Below, piece after piece: positions 1 to 8,422 of a stretch of 64,000 nt of DNA (the first letter of the stretch is position 1; each line of letters begins with the position of its first letter). The stretch comes from an uncultured Bacilli bacterium (GTDB taxonomy: Bacteria > Bacillota_I > Bacilli_A > RF39 > UBA660). The notes under the pieces are model-generated. The model did not search any database and was not told the origin of the DNA. It saw only the letters and a program-made list of their open reading frames with translations. The stretch is taken from NCBI GenBank assembly GCA_934141245.1, contig CAKPCB010000002.1, positions 43,076 through 107,075 on the forward strand. The letters run 5' to 3'. The translations under genes and the position numbers were made by a program.

Positions 1-1768
1 CTTATCAGTTCCAAAAAAGAATAGTAATTTTAACTTATTTAATTATAAAAAATATTTATATAATGAAAAAATATATTATATTTTAAATGTTAATGACTTT
101 AAAATAATTAAAAATTCTAGGAACCCTTTAACTATTTTAAAAAATAAAATTTCAAGGTCTTTAAATACTAATGATAAAGCAGATAAATATATAAGGGGAT
201 TTATATTAGGTGATAGTCAATACTTTGATAAAGAAATAATGGAAAAATATAGAAAAATTGGTATCAGTCATTTGTTTTCCATTTCTGGAATGCATATTTC
301 ATCAATAGTTATGTTAGCTGAAAGAATTTTAAGAAAGCTTAAAATAAAAGTAACAAATATATCCATTATTTGTATTATTTTTGTCTTAATTTATATGTAC
401 TTAACTAGTTATACTTCATCTGTTATGAGAAGTGGCATATTTTTTATTGTTTTAAGAGTAGTTAAAATATTAAGATTAAAAATAAGTACTATAAAATGCT
501 GCATATTAAGTCTGTTTATTGCAATCATGATTAATCCATTTATCGTGTATAAAATGGGATTTATTTATTCATTTGTGATTTCATTTTATTTAATTTGTTT
601 TAGAAAAGTTATATCCAATAAAAACAAATATATATTTAAAATACTTATAACTTCATTTATTTCTTGGATTGTAAGCATTCCTATTTCAACTTATTTTTTC
701 TTCAATATAAATATATTAACACCAATATATAATGTTATAGTAATACCTATTGTTACATTTTTAATATTTCCATTATCTTTTCTTACATTTGCTTTTAAAC
801 AATTAAAACCAATTTATTTAGGATGTATAAATCTTTTGGAGTTTTTAACTGATTGCTTTTGTAAATTAAATTCAAATATCATCTTAAAAAAGCCAAATCT
901 ATTTTTAATTATTGTTTACTTTATTATAATCACCTTTATTCTATATAGATTACAATATAATGATAAAAAATATATAGTTTTATTAGTATTAATGCTTTTA
1001 ATACATTATAACTATAATTATATCTTTAAAAGTACCTATTTATTGATGCTTGATGTTAATCAAGCGGATTGCTTTGTTCTTCATAACAACAATATTACTT
1101 TTATGATAGATACTGGTGGTGGAATTGGTTCCGAAAAAAATATAAGTGATGTGTTAAAATCATATGGAATAAGGAAAATAAACTATATCTTTATAACTCA
1201 CGGAGATTATGATCATATGGGTAGTGCAATTAATTTAGTAGAGAGCTTTAAAGTAGAGAATGTAGTTTTTAATTGTGGATTCTACAATGAATTAGAAAAA
1301 GAACTAATTAAAGTACTAAAAAAGAAAAAAATTAAATATTATACATGTATTAAAAGATTAAATATTGATAATAACAGATTATATTTCTTACAAACCAAAG
1401 AATATGATAATGAAAATGATAATAGTAATGTTATTTATACTGAACTTAATGATTATAAATTTTTATTTATGGGAGATGCTGGTATAGATAAAGAAAAGGA
1501 CATATTAAAAAAGTATAATTTAAAAAATATAGATTTTCTTAAGGTTGGTCATCATGGTTCAAATACAAGTAGTAGTGAAGAATTTATAAATAGTATTAAT
1601 CCAAAATACAGTTTGATCAGTGTTGGAAAAAATAATAGATATGGCCATCCTAAAAAGTCTGTATTGGATATATTAAAGAATAGTAAAGTTTATAGAACGG
1701 ATCAGGATGGAAGCATAGAAATAAAGATTAAAAATGGTGGATATAGTATAGAAATGTGTAAACCATAA
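1..1768 (+). CDS. comEC: DNA internalization competence protein ComEC/Rec2, 3' portion (5' end lies upstream of window); competence domain plus C-terminal metallo-beta-lactamase domain
   Basis: Reading frame open from nt 2 through the track ORF 239..1768; motifs GDSQYFD...GISHLFSISGMHI (ComEC competence domain) and MLDVNQADCFVL...ITHGDYDHMG...KVGHHGS (MBL fold). Confidence 0.85.
   Translation, partial: LSVPKKNSNFNLFNYKKYLYNEKIYYILNVNDFKIIKNSRNPLTILKNKISRSLNTNDKADKYIRGFILGDSQYFDKEIMEKYRKIGISHLFSISGMHISSIVMLAERILRKLKIKVTNISIICIIFVLIYMYLTSYTSSVMRSGIFFIVLRVVKILRLKISTIKCCILSLFIAIMINPFIVYKMGFIYSFVISFYLICFRKVISNKNKYIFKILITSFISWIVSIPISTYFFFNINILTPIYNVIVIPIVTFLIFPLSFLTFAFKQLKPIYLGCINLLEFLTDCFCKLNSNIILKKPNLFLIIVYFIIITFILYRLQYNDKKYIVLLVLMLLIHYNYNYIFKSTYLLMLDVNQADCFVLHNNNITFMIDTGGGIGSEKNISDVLKSYGIRKINYIFITHGDYDHMGSAINLVESFKVENVVFNCGFYNELEKELIKVLKKKKIKYYTCIKRLNIDNNRLYFLQTKEYDNENDNSNVIYTELNDYKFLFMGDAGIDKEKDILKKYNLKNIDFLKVGHHGSNTSSSEEFINSINPKYSLISVGKNNRYGHPKKSVLDILKNSKVYRTDQDGSIEIKIKNGGYSIEMCKP
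1518..1713. repeat. Direct repeat copy 1 (comEC 3' coding segment), ~98% identical to 2843..3038
   Basis: Manual alignment: 196 nt identical except about 3 substitutions (ggttc/ggctc, catcctaaaaag/cattctaaaagg). Confidence 0.9.
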
Positions 1769-1783
1769 GAAAGGAGAGAAGAT

Positions 1784-2680
1784 ATGGAAGATAAATATTA
1801 TGAAAATATAAAACAATGCTTAATTGATAATGAAATCTATAAAAAGGTAAAAGACTACTCAAAAGAAAGGAATACTGTTATAACCTATTATGAAATTGGT
1901 AGATTATTAAATGAGGCTGGTGGTAAGTATGGAGATAATATTATAGATGAATATTCTAAAAGGTTAGTTTTAGAAGTTGGCAAAAAGTATAATCGAAGAA
2001 CGTTATTTAGAATGAAACAATTTTATAATGTATTTAGTAATAAAAAAGTGTCAACACTGCTGACACAATTGAGCTGGTCACATTACTTGTTATTAATTTC
2101 TTTAAAAAATTATGATGAAATTATTTATTACATTAATATTGCAAAAAATAACAATTTGTCTCAAAGAGAATTACAAGAAAAAATAAAAAATAATGAATAT
2201 AATAGAATGTCAATAGAAACCAAAAATAAATTAATTTATGAAGAAAAATTGGAAGTAAAAGATTTAGTGCCAAATCCAATATTAATTAGAAATAAAAATA
2301 ATATTGAGATAATTAATGAAAAAGCATTACATAGTTTAATATTAGAAGATATAGAATCTTTTATGCAAGAACTTGGCAATTCATATAGTTTTATAGGTAG
2401 TGAATATAAGATTAAGATTGGTGACAGAAATCATCATATAGATTTGCTATTATTCAATATAAAGTTTAATTGTTATGTAGTAATTGAACTAAAAGTAATA
2501 GAATTTAAAGCTGAATACATATCACAAGTTCAAAAATACATGAATTACATAGATAAAAATGTAAAAGAACAATTTAATAATAATACAATTGGAATATTAA
2601 TATGCAAAAGGGAAAATAAATTTGTAATAGAATATTGTTCGGATGCAAGAATTGCTATAAGAGAATATGAGTTAGTGTGA
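1784..2680 (+). CDS. DUF1016/YhcG-like PDDEXK-fold nuclease family protein
   Basis: 298 aa; C-terminal D..(E)LK PD-(D/E)xK-like motif (IDLLLFN...YVVIELKVIEF) typical of YhcG/DUF1016; RBS GGAGAG upstream. Confidence 0.55.
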   Translation: MEDKYYENIKQCLIDNEIYKKVKDYSKERNTVITYYEIGRLLNEAGGKYGDNIIDEYSKRLVLEVGKKYNRRTLFRMKQFYNVFSNKKVSTLLTQLSWSHYLLLISLKNYDEIIYYINIAKNNNLSQRELQEKIKNNEYNRMSIETKNKLIYEEKLEVKDLVPNPILIRNKNNIEIINEKALHSLILEDIESFMQELGNSYSFIGSEYKIKIGDRNHHIDLLLFNIKFNCYVVIELKVIEFKAEYISQVQKYMNYIDKNVKEQFNNNTIGILICKRENKFVIEYCSDARIAIREYELV

Positions 2681-2842
2681 TATAATATCTATAGGATGTG
2701 ATTATATGACAAAAGAAGAAATTAATAAAATAATATTTAGTCTTGAAGCAGATGAAGATGTCATTGAGTTTGTTAACAAAAGAATAGCAGAGTTAGAAAA
2801 TAATTCAGTTGAAACTACAGTAGGGCATAATTATACTACAAC

Positions 2843-3094
2843 ATTTAAAAAATATAGATTTTCTTAAGGTTGGTCATCATGGCTCAAATACAAGTAGTAG
2901 TGAAGAATTTATAAATAGTATTAATCCAAAATACAGTTTGATCAGTGTTGGAAAAAATAATAGATATGGCCATTCTAAAAGGTCTGTATTGGATATATTA
3001 AAGAATAGTAAAGTTTATAGAACGGATCAGGATGGAAGTGTTATGTTTAAAATTAAAAATAATAAAATAAAAACATGTAGTGATAGTACTTAAA
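2843..3094 (+). pseudogene. Displaced duplicate of the comEC 3' end (repeat copy 2 plus an alternative 19-codon tail ...DGSVMFKIKNNKIKTCSDST*), no start codon, out of frame with the upstream small ORF
   Basis: Translates to KNIDFLKVGHHGSNTSSSEEFINSINPKYSLISVGKNNRYGHSKRSVLDILKNSKVYRTDQDGS..., the same peptide as ComEC residues ~430-495; divergence begins right after RTDQDGS. Confidence 0.8.
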
Positions 3095-3345
3095 GTCGAA
3101 ATATAGCTAAAATTGCTAAGTGAAATTTGACAATATAGCAGTATAATGATAATAAAAAATGTGAGATAAGCATATTATTAAGTGTAGAGGTTTATAATTG
3201 ATGAGAATTAAACTAATAAAATTTAATAAAAATGTAACATTTTATAATTATATTCCATAATATATACTGTAACACTATATAATAGTGTTTGTAATAGATT
3301 GGGGGTTAATTATAACCCTCTTTTATTTGTATAAATCATAGGGAC

Positions 3346-3374
3346 TTGAAAAAATACAAAAAATGTGCTATTAT
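3346..3374 (+). promoter_or_regulatory. Sigma-A type promoter TTGAAA-17-TATTAT upstream of the HD-domain gene
   Basis: TTGAAA 3346-3351, 17-nt spacer, TATTAT 3369-3374; RBS AAGAGGTG at 3397-3404 precedes the ATG at 3415. Confidence 0.5.
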
Positions 3375-3414
3375 GTTACATATCGATTAAAAAAGATATT
3401 AAGAGGTGTAATTA

Positions 3415-3927
3415 ATGGATTACGAAAGTAAGTTTTGTGATAAGCAATATTTAAGTATTGTTCAAGATATATTAAAAGATGATGAAGTTTTAAAACTAAA
3501 AGAAATCACTCATCATGGGCTTGATAGATTAGGGCATTCATTAAGAGTATCATATTATTCATATAAAATTAGTAAACTTTTTGGGTTAGATTATCAGAGT
3601 GCTGCAAGGGCAGGGCTATTACATGACTTCTTCTTTGAAAGCAGTAAAGGTAAAAAACCAACAGAAAGATTAAAAAATTTGGTTAATCATCCAAAATATG
3701 CATTAAAAAATGCAAACGATCGTTTTTACTTAAATAATATTGAGAAAAATATCATTGTATCGCATATGTTTCCTGTTTCCATAACAGTTCCAAGATATAT
3801 TGAGGGCTGGATTGTTAATTTAACAGATGATGTTGTTGCAATAGGTGAAATATGTTACAAGTCAAGAGTTAAATTATCATATGCAATTAATTTTATATTT
3901 ATATTTTTATTTGCAAATTTTAGATAG
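3415..3927 (+). CDS. HD domain (HDIG-type) phosphohydrolase family protein
   Basis: 170 aa; H..HG...H....LLHD motif (ITHHGLDRLGHSLRV...AGLLHDFFF). Confidence 0.6.
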   Translation: MDYESKFCDKQYLSIVQDILKDDEVLKLKEITHHGLDRLGHSLRVSYYSYKISKLFGLDYQSAARAGLLHDFFFESSKGKKPTERLKNLVNHPKYALKNANDRFYLNNIEKNIIVSHMFPVSITVPRYIEGWIVNLTDDVVAIGEICYKSRVKLSYAINFIFIFLFANFR

Positions 3928-3933
3928 AAAATA

Positions 3934-3961
3934 AAACAGTTGAAGCTGTTTTATTTTTTTG
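3934..3961 (+). terminator. Rho-independent terminator after the HD gene
   Basis: Stem aaaacag/ctgtttt with loop ttgaag, followed by a T-run. Confidence 0.6.
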
Positions 3962-4113
3962 TGAATTTTTTGTTTTTACCTAAAGTTATACAGATATTTA
4001 TATCAGTACTTAAATATTATTTTGACAAAGACTTAATGATTTTAAGTTCAGATTGTAAATTCTTTTAAAAAGTAGTACAATTATTATAGTTTATATAAAG
4101 GTGGTGATAACCT

Positions 4114-4734
4114 ATGGCAAATCAAATGCTGCAAACTTTTGATAATACATTTCTTGGTGTGTTAAACATGACGTGGCCTATGATTCTGATTTCTGTTGTG
4201 GTTTTATCTTCACTTAGATTATCCTACTTATTAAAAAGCAAGGAGAATTTTTGTTTATATAAAGAATTACTAAATTTATTTTTTGTGGTATATATATTAT
4301 GTTTGTTTCAAGTGGTTACTTTTCAAGATGTGAGTAGTTTTGGGACAAATAATTTTATTCCATTTAAAGAAATTCTTAGATATAATTTTGGTAGTAGATT
4401 ATTTATTAAGAATATAATTGGAAATGTTGTTATGTTTATACCATATGGTTTTTTTATCTCATATTATGGGAAATCAAATAAATGGAAAGGTGCATTGTTA
4501 CTAGTACTTATCGCTTCTACCGTAATTGAATGCACTCAACTAGCAATCGGTAGAGTATTTGATGTTGATGATATACTATTAAATGTTGTTGGCGGTATGC
4601 TTGGCTATTTAATTTATAAATTATTAAATAAAACTGCTAATATTTTGCCAAAAGTGTTTAAATCAGCAATATTTTTGGATATTGTTACAATTATATTGTT
4701 TATAATTTTTTCTGCTTATATTATATGGAGGTAA
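4114..4734 (+). CDS. VanZ-like family membrane protein
   Basis: 206 aa polytopic membrane protein; FIPFKEIL...NVVMFIPYGFF...DVDDILLNVVGGMLGY pattern typical of the VanZ family. Confidence 0.55.
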   Translation: MANQMLQTFDNTFLGVLNMTWPMILISVVVLSSLRLSYLLKSKENFCLYKELLNLFFVVYILCLFQVVTFQDVSSFGTNNFIPFKEILRYNFGSRLFIKNIIGNVVMFIPYGFFISYYGKSNKWKGALLLVLIASTVIECTQLAIGRVFDVDDILLNVVGGMLGYLIYKLLNKTANILPKVFKSAIFLDIVTIILFIIFSAYIIWR

Positions 4735-4735
4735 T

Positions 4736-5185
4736 ATGGAAATAGGAATTTTTAATGAAACTAATGAAGATTTAGAAAAAGAATTGAATTCTTTACAAGA
4801 ATTACTTGAAGATTTTTGCAAAAGAGAACATTTGGACAACGTCATATTTAACATAATAGTAGTTGATAAAGATACTATTCACAGTATTAATAAACAATAT
4901 AGAGGAATAGATAGAGAAACAGATGTAATAAGCTTTGCATTAGAAGATGACAAGATTGTAAAAGAACCAGATAGCATTAGAGTTTTGGGCGATATATATA
5001 TATGCCTTGATAAAGTAAAAGAACAATCAGTTGAATATTGTCATTCCTTTAAAAGAGAGTTCACTTTTTTAGCTGTTCATGGTTTACTACATTTACTAGG
5101 CTACGATCATATGAAGAAAGAAGAAGAAAAAGTGATGTTTGCTAAGCAGGAGGAGGTATTAAATTATTATGGGATTACTAGGTAA
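4736..5185 (+). CDS. ybeY: rRNA maturation endoribonuclease YbeY
   Basis: 149 aa; HGLLHLLGYDH zinc-binding motif; conserved position ahead of dgkA-cdd-era-recO. Confidence 0.9.
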   Translation: MEIGIFNETNEDLEKELNSLQELLEDFCKREHLDNVIFNIIVVDKDTIHSINKQYRGIDRETDVISFALEDDKIVKEPDSIRVLGDIYICLDKVKEQSVEYCHSFKREFTFLAVHGLLHLLGYDHMKKEEEKVMFAKQEEVLNYYGITR

Positions 5186-5573
5186 TAAAAAGTATAATTC
5201 AAATAAAAACAAAAACATAATTGAAAGCTTCAAACATGCTTACAACGGTGTTGTATATGCTGTGACTAGGGAAAGAAATATGCATATACATATAACTGTT
5301 GCAATCTTGGTTATTTTGTTTGGCATTTTTTTTGAAATTAGTTATGTAGAGTGGTTAGCATGTTTAATCTTGATTGGATTGGTTATTTCATTAGAACTTG
5401 TAAATACAGCTATAGAAGCTACGGTAGATTTAATAACGATTGAAGAAAACCCCCTTGCTAAAGTTGCAAAGGACACATCAGCTGGTGCCGTTTTTGTATT
5501 AGCAATCTTATCTGCATTTATAGGTATAATAATATTTCTACCTAAAGTTTTTGATTTTTTAATAAATTTATAA
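5169..5573 (+). CDS. dgkA: Diacylglycerol kinase / undecaprenol kinase family protein
   Basis: 134 aa, three TM helices, ...VNTAIEATVDL...AKDTSAGAV motif; operon context. Confidence 0.8.
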   Translation: MGLLGNKKYNSNKNKNIIESFKHAYNGVVYAVTRERNMHIHITVAILVILFGIFFEISYVEWLACLILIGLVISLELVNTAIEATVDLITIEENPLAKVAKDTSAGAVFVLAILSAFIGIIIFLPKVFDFLINL

Positions 5574-5583
5574 TGGAGGCGTT

Positions 5584-5970
5584 ATGAAAGATAAATTAAA
5601 AGAATTATTAAATAATAGCTATTGTCCATATTCTAATTTTAGAGTTGCTGCAATTGTTGTTATGAATGATGGATGTGAATTTACTGGTGTAAATGTAGAA
5701 AATGCTGCATATGGTTCTTCAATATGTGCTGAGCGTAGTGCAATACTTGCTGCTATATCAAATGGATATAAAAAAGATGATTTTAAGAAGTTGTATGTAA
5801 TGTGTGATAATAAAAAAATAGGAATGCCATGTTTTGCATGTAGACAGGTAATATCAGAATTTTTTAGTAATGAAGATACTATTATATGTATGAATCCCGA
5901 TGGAGATACTATGAATTTTAAGGTAAGCGATTTATGCCCATACCCATTTAATAGTGAGGATTTAAAATGA
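5584..5970 (+). CDS. cdd: Cytidine deaminase
   Basis: 128 aa; CAERSAI and PCFACRQ zinc-ligand motifs. Confidence 0.85.
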   Translation: MKDKLKELLNNSYCPYSNFRVAAIVVMNDGCEFTGVNVENAAYGSSICAERSAILAAISNGYKKDDFKKLYVMCDNKKIGMPCFACRQVISEFFSNEDTIICMNPDGDTMNFKVSDLCPYPFNSEDLK

Positions 5971-6854
5971 AAAGTGGATTTGTAAGTTTAGTTGGTAGAC
6001 CAAATGTTGGTAAATCAACATTATTGAATAGTATTTTAGAAATGAAGCTTGCAATTACGTCCAACGTAGCAGGAACAACTAGAAATATAATACAGGGAAT
6101 ATACAATGATGATGAAAGCCAAATAGTTTTTATAGATACACCCGGTATTCATAAACCTATAAATAAACTTGGAACTTATTTAAATCGCAAAGCATATGCA
6201 ATGGCTGATGATGTTGATATTAATTTATTTATTATTGATGCTGCTAGTGGCTTTGGTAGAGGAGATAAGTTTATATTAGAAAGGTTAAAGGAAATGAATA
6301 AAACCACTTTTTTACTTATTAATAAAGTGGATCAGATAAAAAAAGATGAATTATTGAAATTAATTGATCAATATAAAGACCTTTATAATTTTAGTGAAAT
6401 TATACCTATATCAGCATTAAAAGGGGATAATGTTGAAGACTTAATTAAAACAATTAAAAAATATTTAAAAAATGATATTAAGTATTATCAAGATGATGTA
6501 ATTACTAATGTTAGTCGTAATTTTATTATTGCTGAAATGGTAAGAGAAAAATTACTTAGATTAACAAAAAAAGAGGTTCCACATTCAATAACATGTTTGG
6601 TTGAAAATTATGATGATGTTGGTGATTATATTAATATCAGTGTATTAATAATTGTAGATAGAGATAATTTAAAAAAGATAATAATTGGTAAACAAGGACA
6701 AATGTTAAAACAAGTAGGAGTTGAAGCAAGAACAGATATTGAAGAATTTTTAGGCAAAAAAGTATTTTTGCAAACATATGTAAAAACAATTGATAATTGG
6801 AGAGATAGAGAAAAATATTTAAAGGAATTTGGATTAAATGAGATAGAATTCTGA
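5967..6854 (+). CDS. era: GTPase Era
   Basis: 295 aa; G1 GRPNVGKST, DTPG, NKVD motifs, C-terminal KH domain. Confidence 0.95.
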   Translation: MKSGFVSLVGRPNVGKSTLLNSILEMKLAITSNVAGTTRNIIQGIYNDDESQIVFIDTPGIHKPINKLGTYLNRKAYAMADDVDINLFIIDAASGFGRGDKFILERLKEMNKTTFLLINKVDQIKKDELLKLIDQYKDLYNFSEIIPISALKGDNVEDLIKTIKKYLKNDIKYYQDDVITNVSRNFIIAEMVREKLLRLTKKEVPHSITCLVENYDDVGDYINISVLIIVDRDNLKKIIIGKQGQMLKQVGVEARTDIEEFLGKKVFLQTYVKTIDNWRDREKYLKEFGLNEIEF

Positions 6855-6970
6855 TTAAACTAAATCAATATATATCATTATATAATAGGTGATATATATG
6901 GAACAGTTGATATGGGAATTATTTAAAAAAACAGGGAATATTAAATACTATCTACTTGCTAAGAAGATAG

Positions 6971-7708
6971 GTGAAGATAATGCAATCAATAAAAGTGATG
7001 GGAATAATAGTAAGTGAAACTAATTATAGCGAATCTAGTAAAATACTTAATATATTGACTAGGGATTTAGGAATAATTAGTGTAATATCTAAAGGATGTA
7101 GAAAGCTAAAAAGCAAGTTAAGAAGTGTAAGTACAAAACTTATATATGGTGAATTTATTATTAGCTACAAAAAAGATGGACTTTCAACATTAATAGATGT
7201 AAATAGCGATTATATATTTAGAAACATAATGAGTGATATTAATACAATCAGCTATGTGTCGTTTATTGTTGAACTTGCAACACAAGTTGCTAAGCAAAAT
7301 AATGATGCTAATATTTTTGATATTTTAATAACTGCTTTAAAAAAAATAGAATTAGGACTTGATCCTTTTGTGATACTTCTTATTGTTGAATTAAAATATT
7401 TAAATTATTTGGGCTTAAGTATTAGCTTAGATTGTTGTAGTAATTGTGGTAATAGTAATAATATAGTAACACTTAGTAGTGATAGGGGAGGCTATATTTG
7501 TAGTAATTGTTATCAAAATGAATTAATAGTAACTAAAAAATCAATTAAAATTATTAATTTGTTGTACCATGTGGAATTAAACAATGTTACAAAAATTACT
7601 TTATCCGATAAAACAAAACAAGAAATAAATTCATTTTTAGATGAATATTATGATAAATATAGCGGATTGTATTTAAAAAGTAAACATTTTATAAAATTAA
7701 TTATTTAA
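6971..7708 (+). CDS. recO: DNA repair protein RecO
   Basis: 245 aa; C-terminal CxxC...CxxC zinc finger (CCSNCG...CSNCY); conserved position after era. Confidence 0.85.
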   Translation: MKIMQSIKVMGIIVSETNYSESSKILNILTRDLGIISVISKGCRKLKSKLRSVSTKLIYGEFIISYKKDGLSTLIDVNSDYIFRNIMSDINTISYVSFIVELATQVAKQNNDANIFDILITALKKIELGLDPFVILLIVELKYLNYLGLSISLDCCSNCGNSNNIVTLSSDRGGYICSNCYQNELIVTKKSIKIINLLYHVELNNVTKITLSDKTKQEINSFLDEYYDKYSGLYLKSKHFIKLII

Positions 7709-7716
7709 GAACAAAA

Positions 7717-7735
7717 GAATAAAAAATTTTTATTC
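7717..7735 (+). terminator. Weak palindromic terminator after recO
   Basis: gaataaaaaatttttattc perfect palindrome. Confidence 0.35.
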
Positions 7736-7744
7736 GAATTGGTC

Positions 7745-8340
7745 GTCGATGATTCCAACATTCCTACTTCATAGAAAAAGTAACCTTTATTCTCCATAGG
7801 CTTAAATCCCAATAGTCGCTACCGTACTTTTTTGCTTTCTATTTTTTTCTATTGCTTTCTTCTTTATTTTTATTTAACTTGCAAAGTGCTTTTTTATCCC
7901 TTCAAACATAATATTTATACTTGCATTTATATCTCTATCATTTGTATTGCGACATTTTTTGCATTCCCACACTCTAATTTTTAAATCATTTGTTATTTCT
8001 GTTTTACTATCACAGTGACTACATATCTTACTACTTGCATAATAGGTATCTACTTGATAATAATATTTCCCAAGAAGTTTTGCCTTTTACTTGCCTACAT
8101 AGTTTTCTTTGCATTCTTTTTAATCTTTTTTCTCTTTTATTTATCTCTTTTGGATTAGGGTATTTTTCTCCATCACTTGTTACTACTAAGTCCTTTATTC
8201 CAAGATCGATTCCAACTATACTTGTTGGTGTTATTTTTTTATGTGTTTCCTCTTCTTTTGTAAAAATTAAAAGATTATTGTTTGCATCTTTTATATCTAT
8301 TTTTATATTACTATATTTTTTGTTTTTATAAATACTCGTT
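7745..8340 (-). mobile_element. Degraded IS200/IS605-family element: internally deleted tnpB (IS605 OrfB-type RNA-guided nuclease) remnant plus right-end / omegaRNA-scaffold-like region
   Basis: Minus-strand translation gives ...SIVGIDLGIKDLVVTSDGEKYPNPKEINKREKRLKRMQRKLCRQVKGKTSWE (RuvC-I) then, after a frameshift with ~100 codons missing, VDTYYASSKICSHCDSKTEITNDLKIRVWECKKCRNTNDRDINASINI (TnpB zinc finger + RuvC-III). The GC-richer structured segment 7745-7880 lies downstream of it. Confidence 0.7.
7874..8245 (-). pseudogene. tnpB: tnpB pseudogene (no start codon, frameshift, RuvC-II region deleted)
   Basis: As above; stop of the zinc-finger frame at 7874-7876; N-terminal frame terminates at 8031-8033. 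Confidence 0.65.
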
Positions 8341-8386
8341 ATACAGTTTGTTCTATAGCTTTGTTTACTGAATTTACTTTTAAAGG

Positions 8387-8412
8387 TAAAAAAATAGGAT
8401 CAAAAATCCTAT
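8387..8412 (-). terminator. Rho-independent terminator of the arginase-family gene
   Basis: ataggat-caaaa-atcctat hairpin followed (on the minus strand) by a 7-nt T-run. Confidence 0.65.
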
Positions 8413-8422
8413 CTTTTACTAA

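Noticed and set aside
2706-2873. 55-codon ORF MTKEEINKIIFSLEADEDVIEFVNKRIAELENNSV... as a confident gene
   Set aside because: It has a plausible RBS, but its 3' end runs out of frame into the duplicated comEC segment, so it may be a junction artefact. It is mentioned in the comEC duplication finding only.
8246-8302. Interpreting the smc-matching 57-mer as a canonical TnpB omegaRNA guide
   Set aside because: omegaRNA guides lie 3' of the right end (here ~7710-7745, next to recO), not 5' of tnpB. The patch is also 57 nt, much longer than a 16-20-nt guide. Kept only as an unexplained shared segment.
7990-8331. 113-aa + strand ORF (MLFLFYYHSDYISYY...) as a real gene
   Set aside because: It lies antisense to the recognisable TnpB remnant. 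It is low-complexity and hydrophobic, typical of AT-rich antisense frames, and has no RBS.
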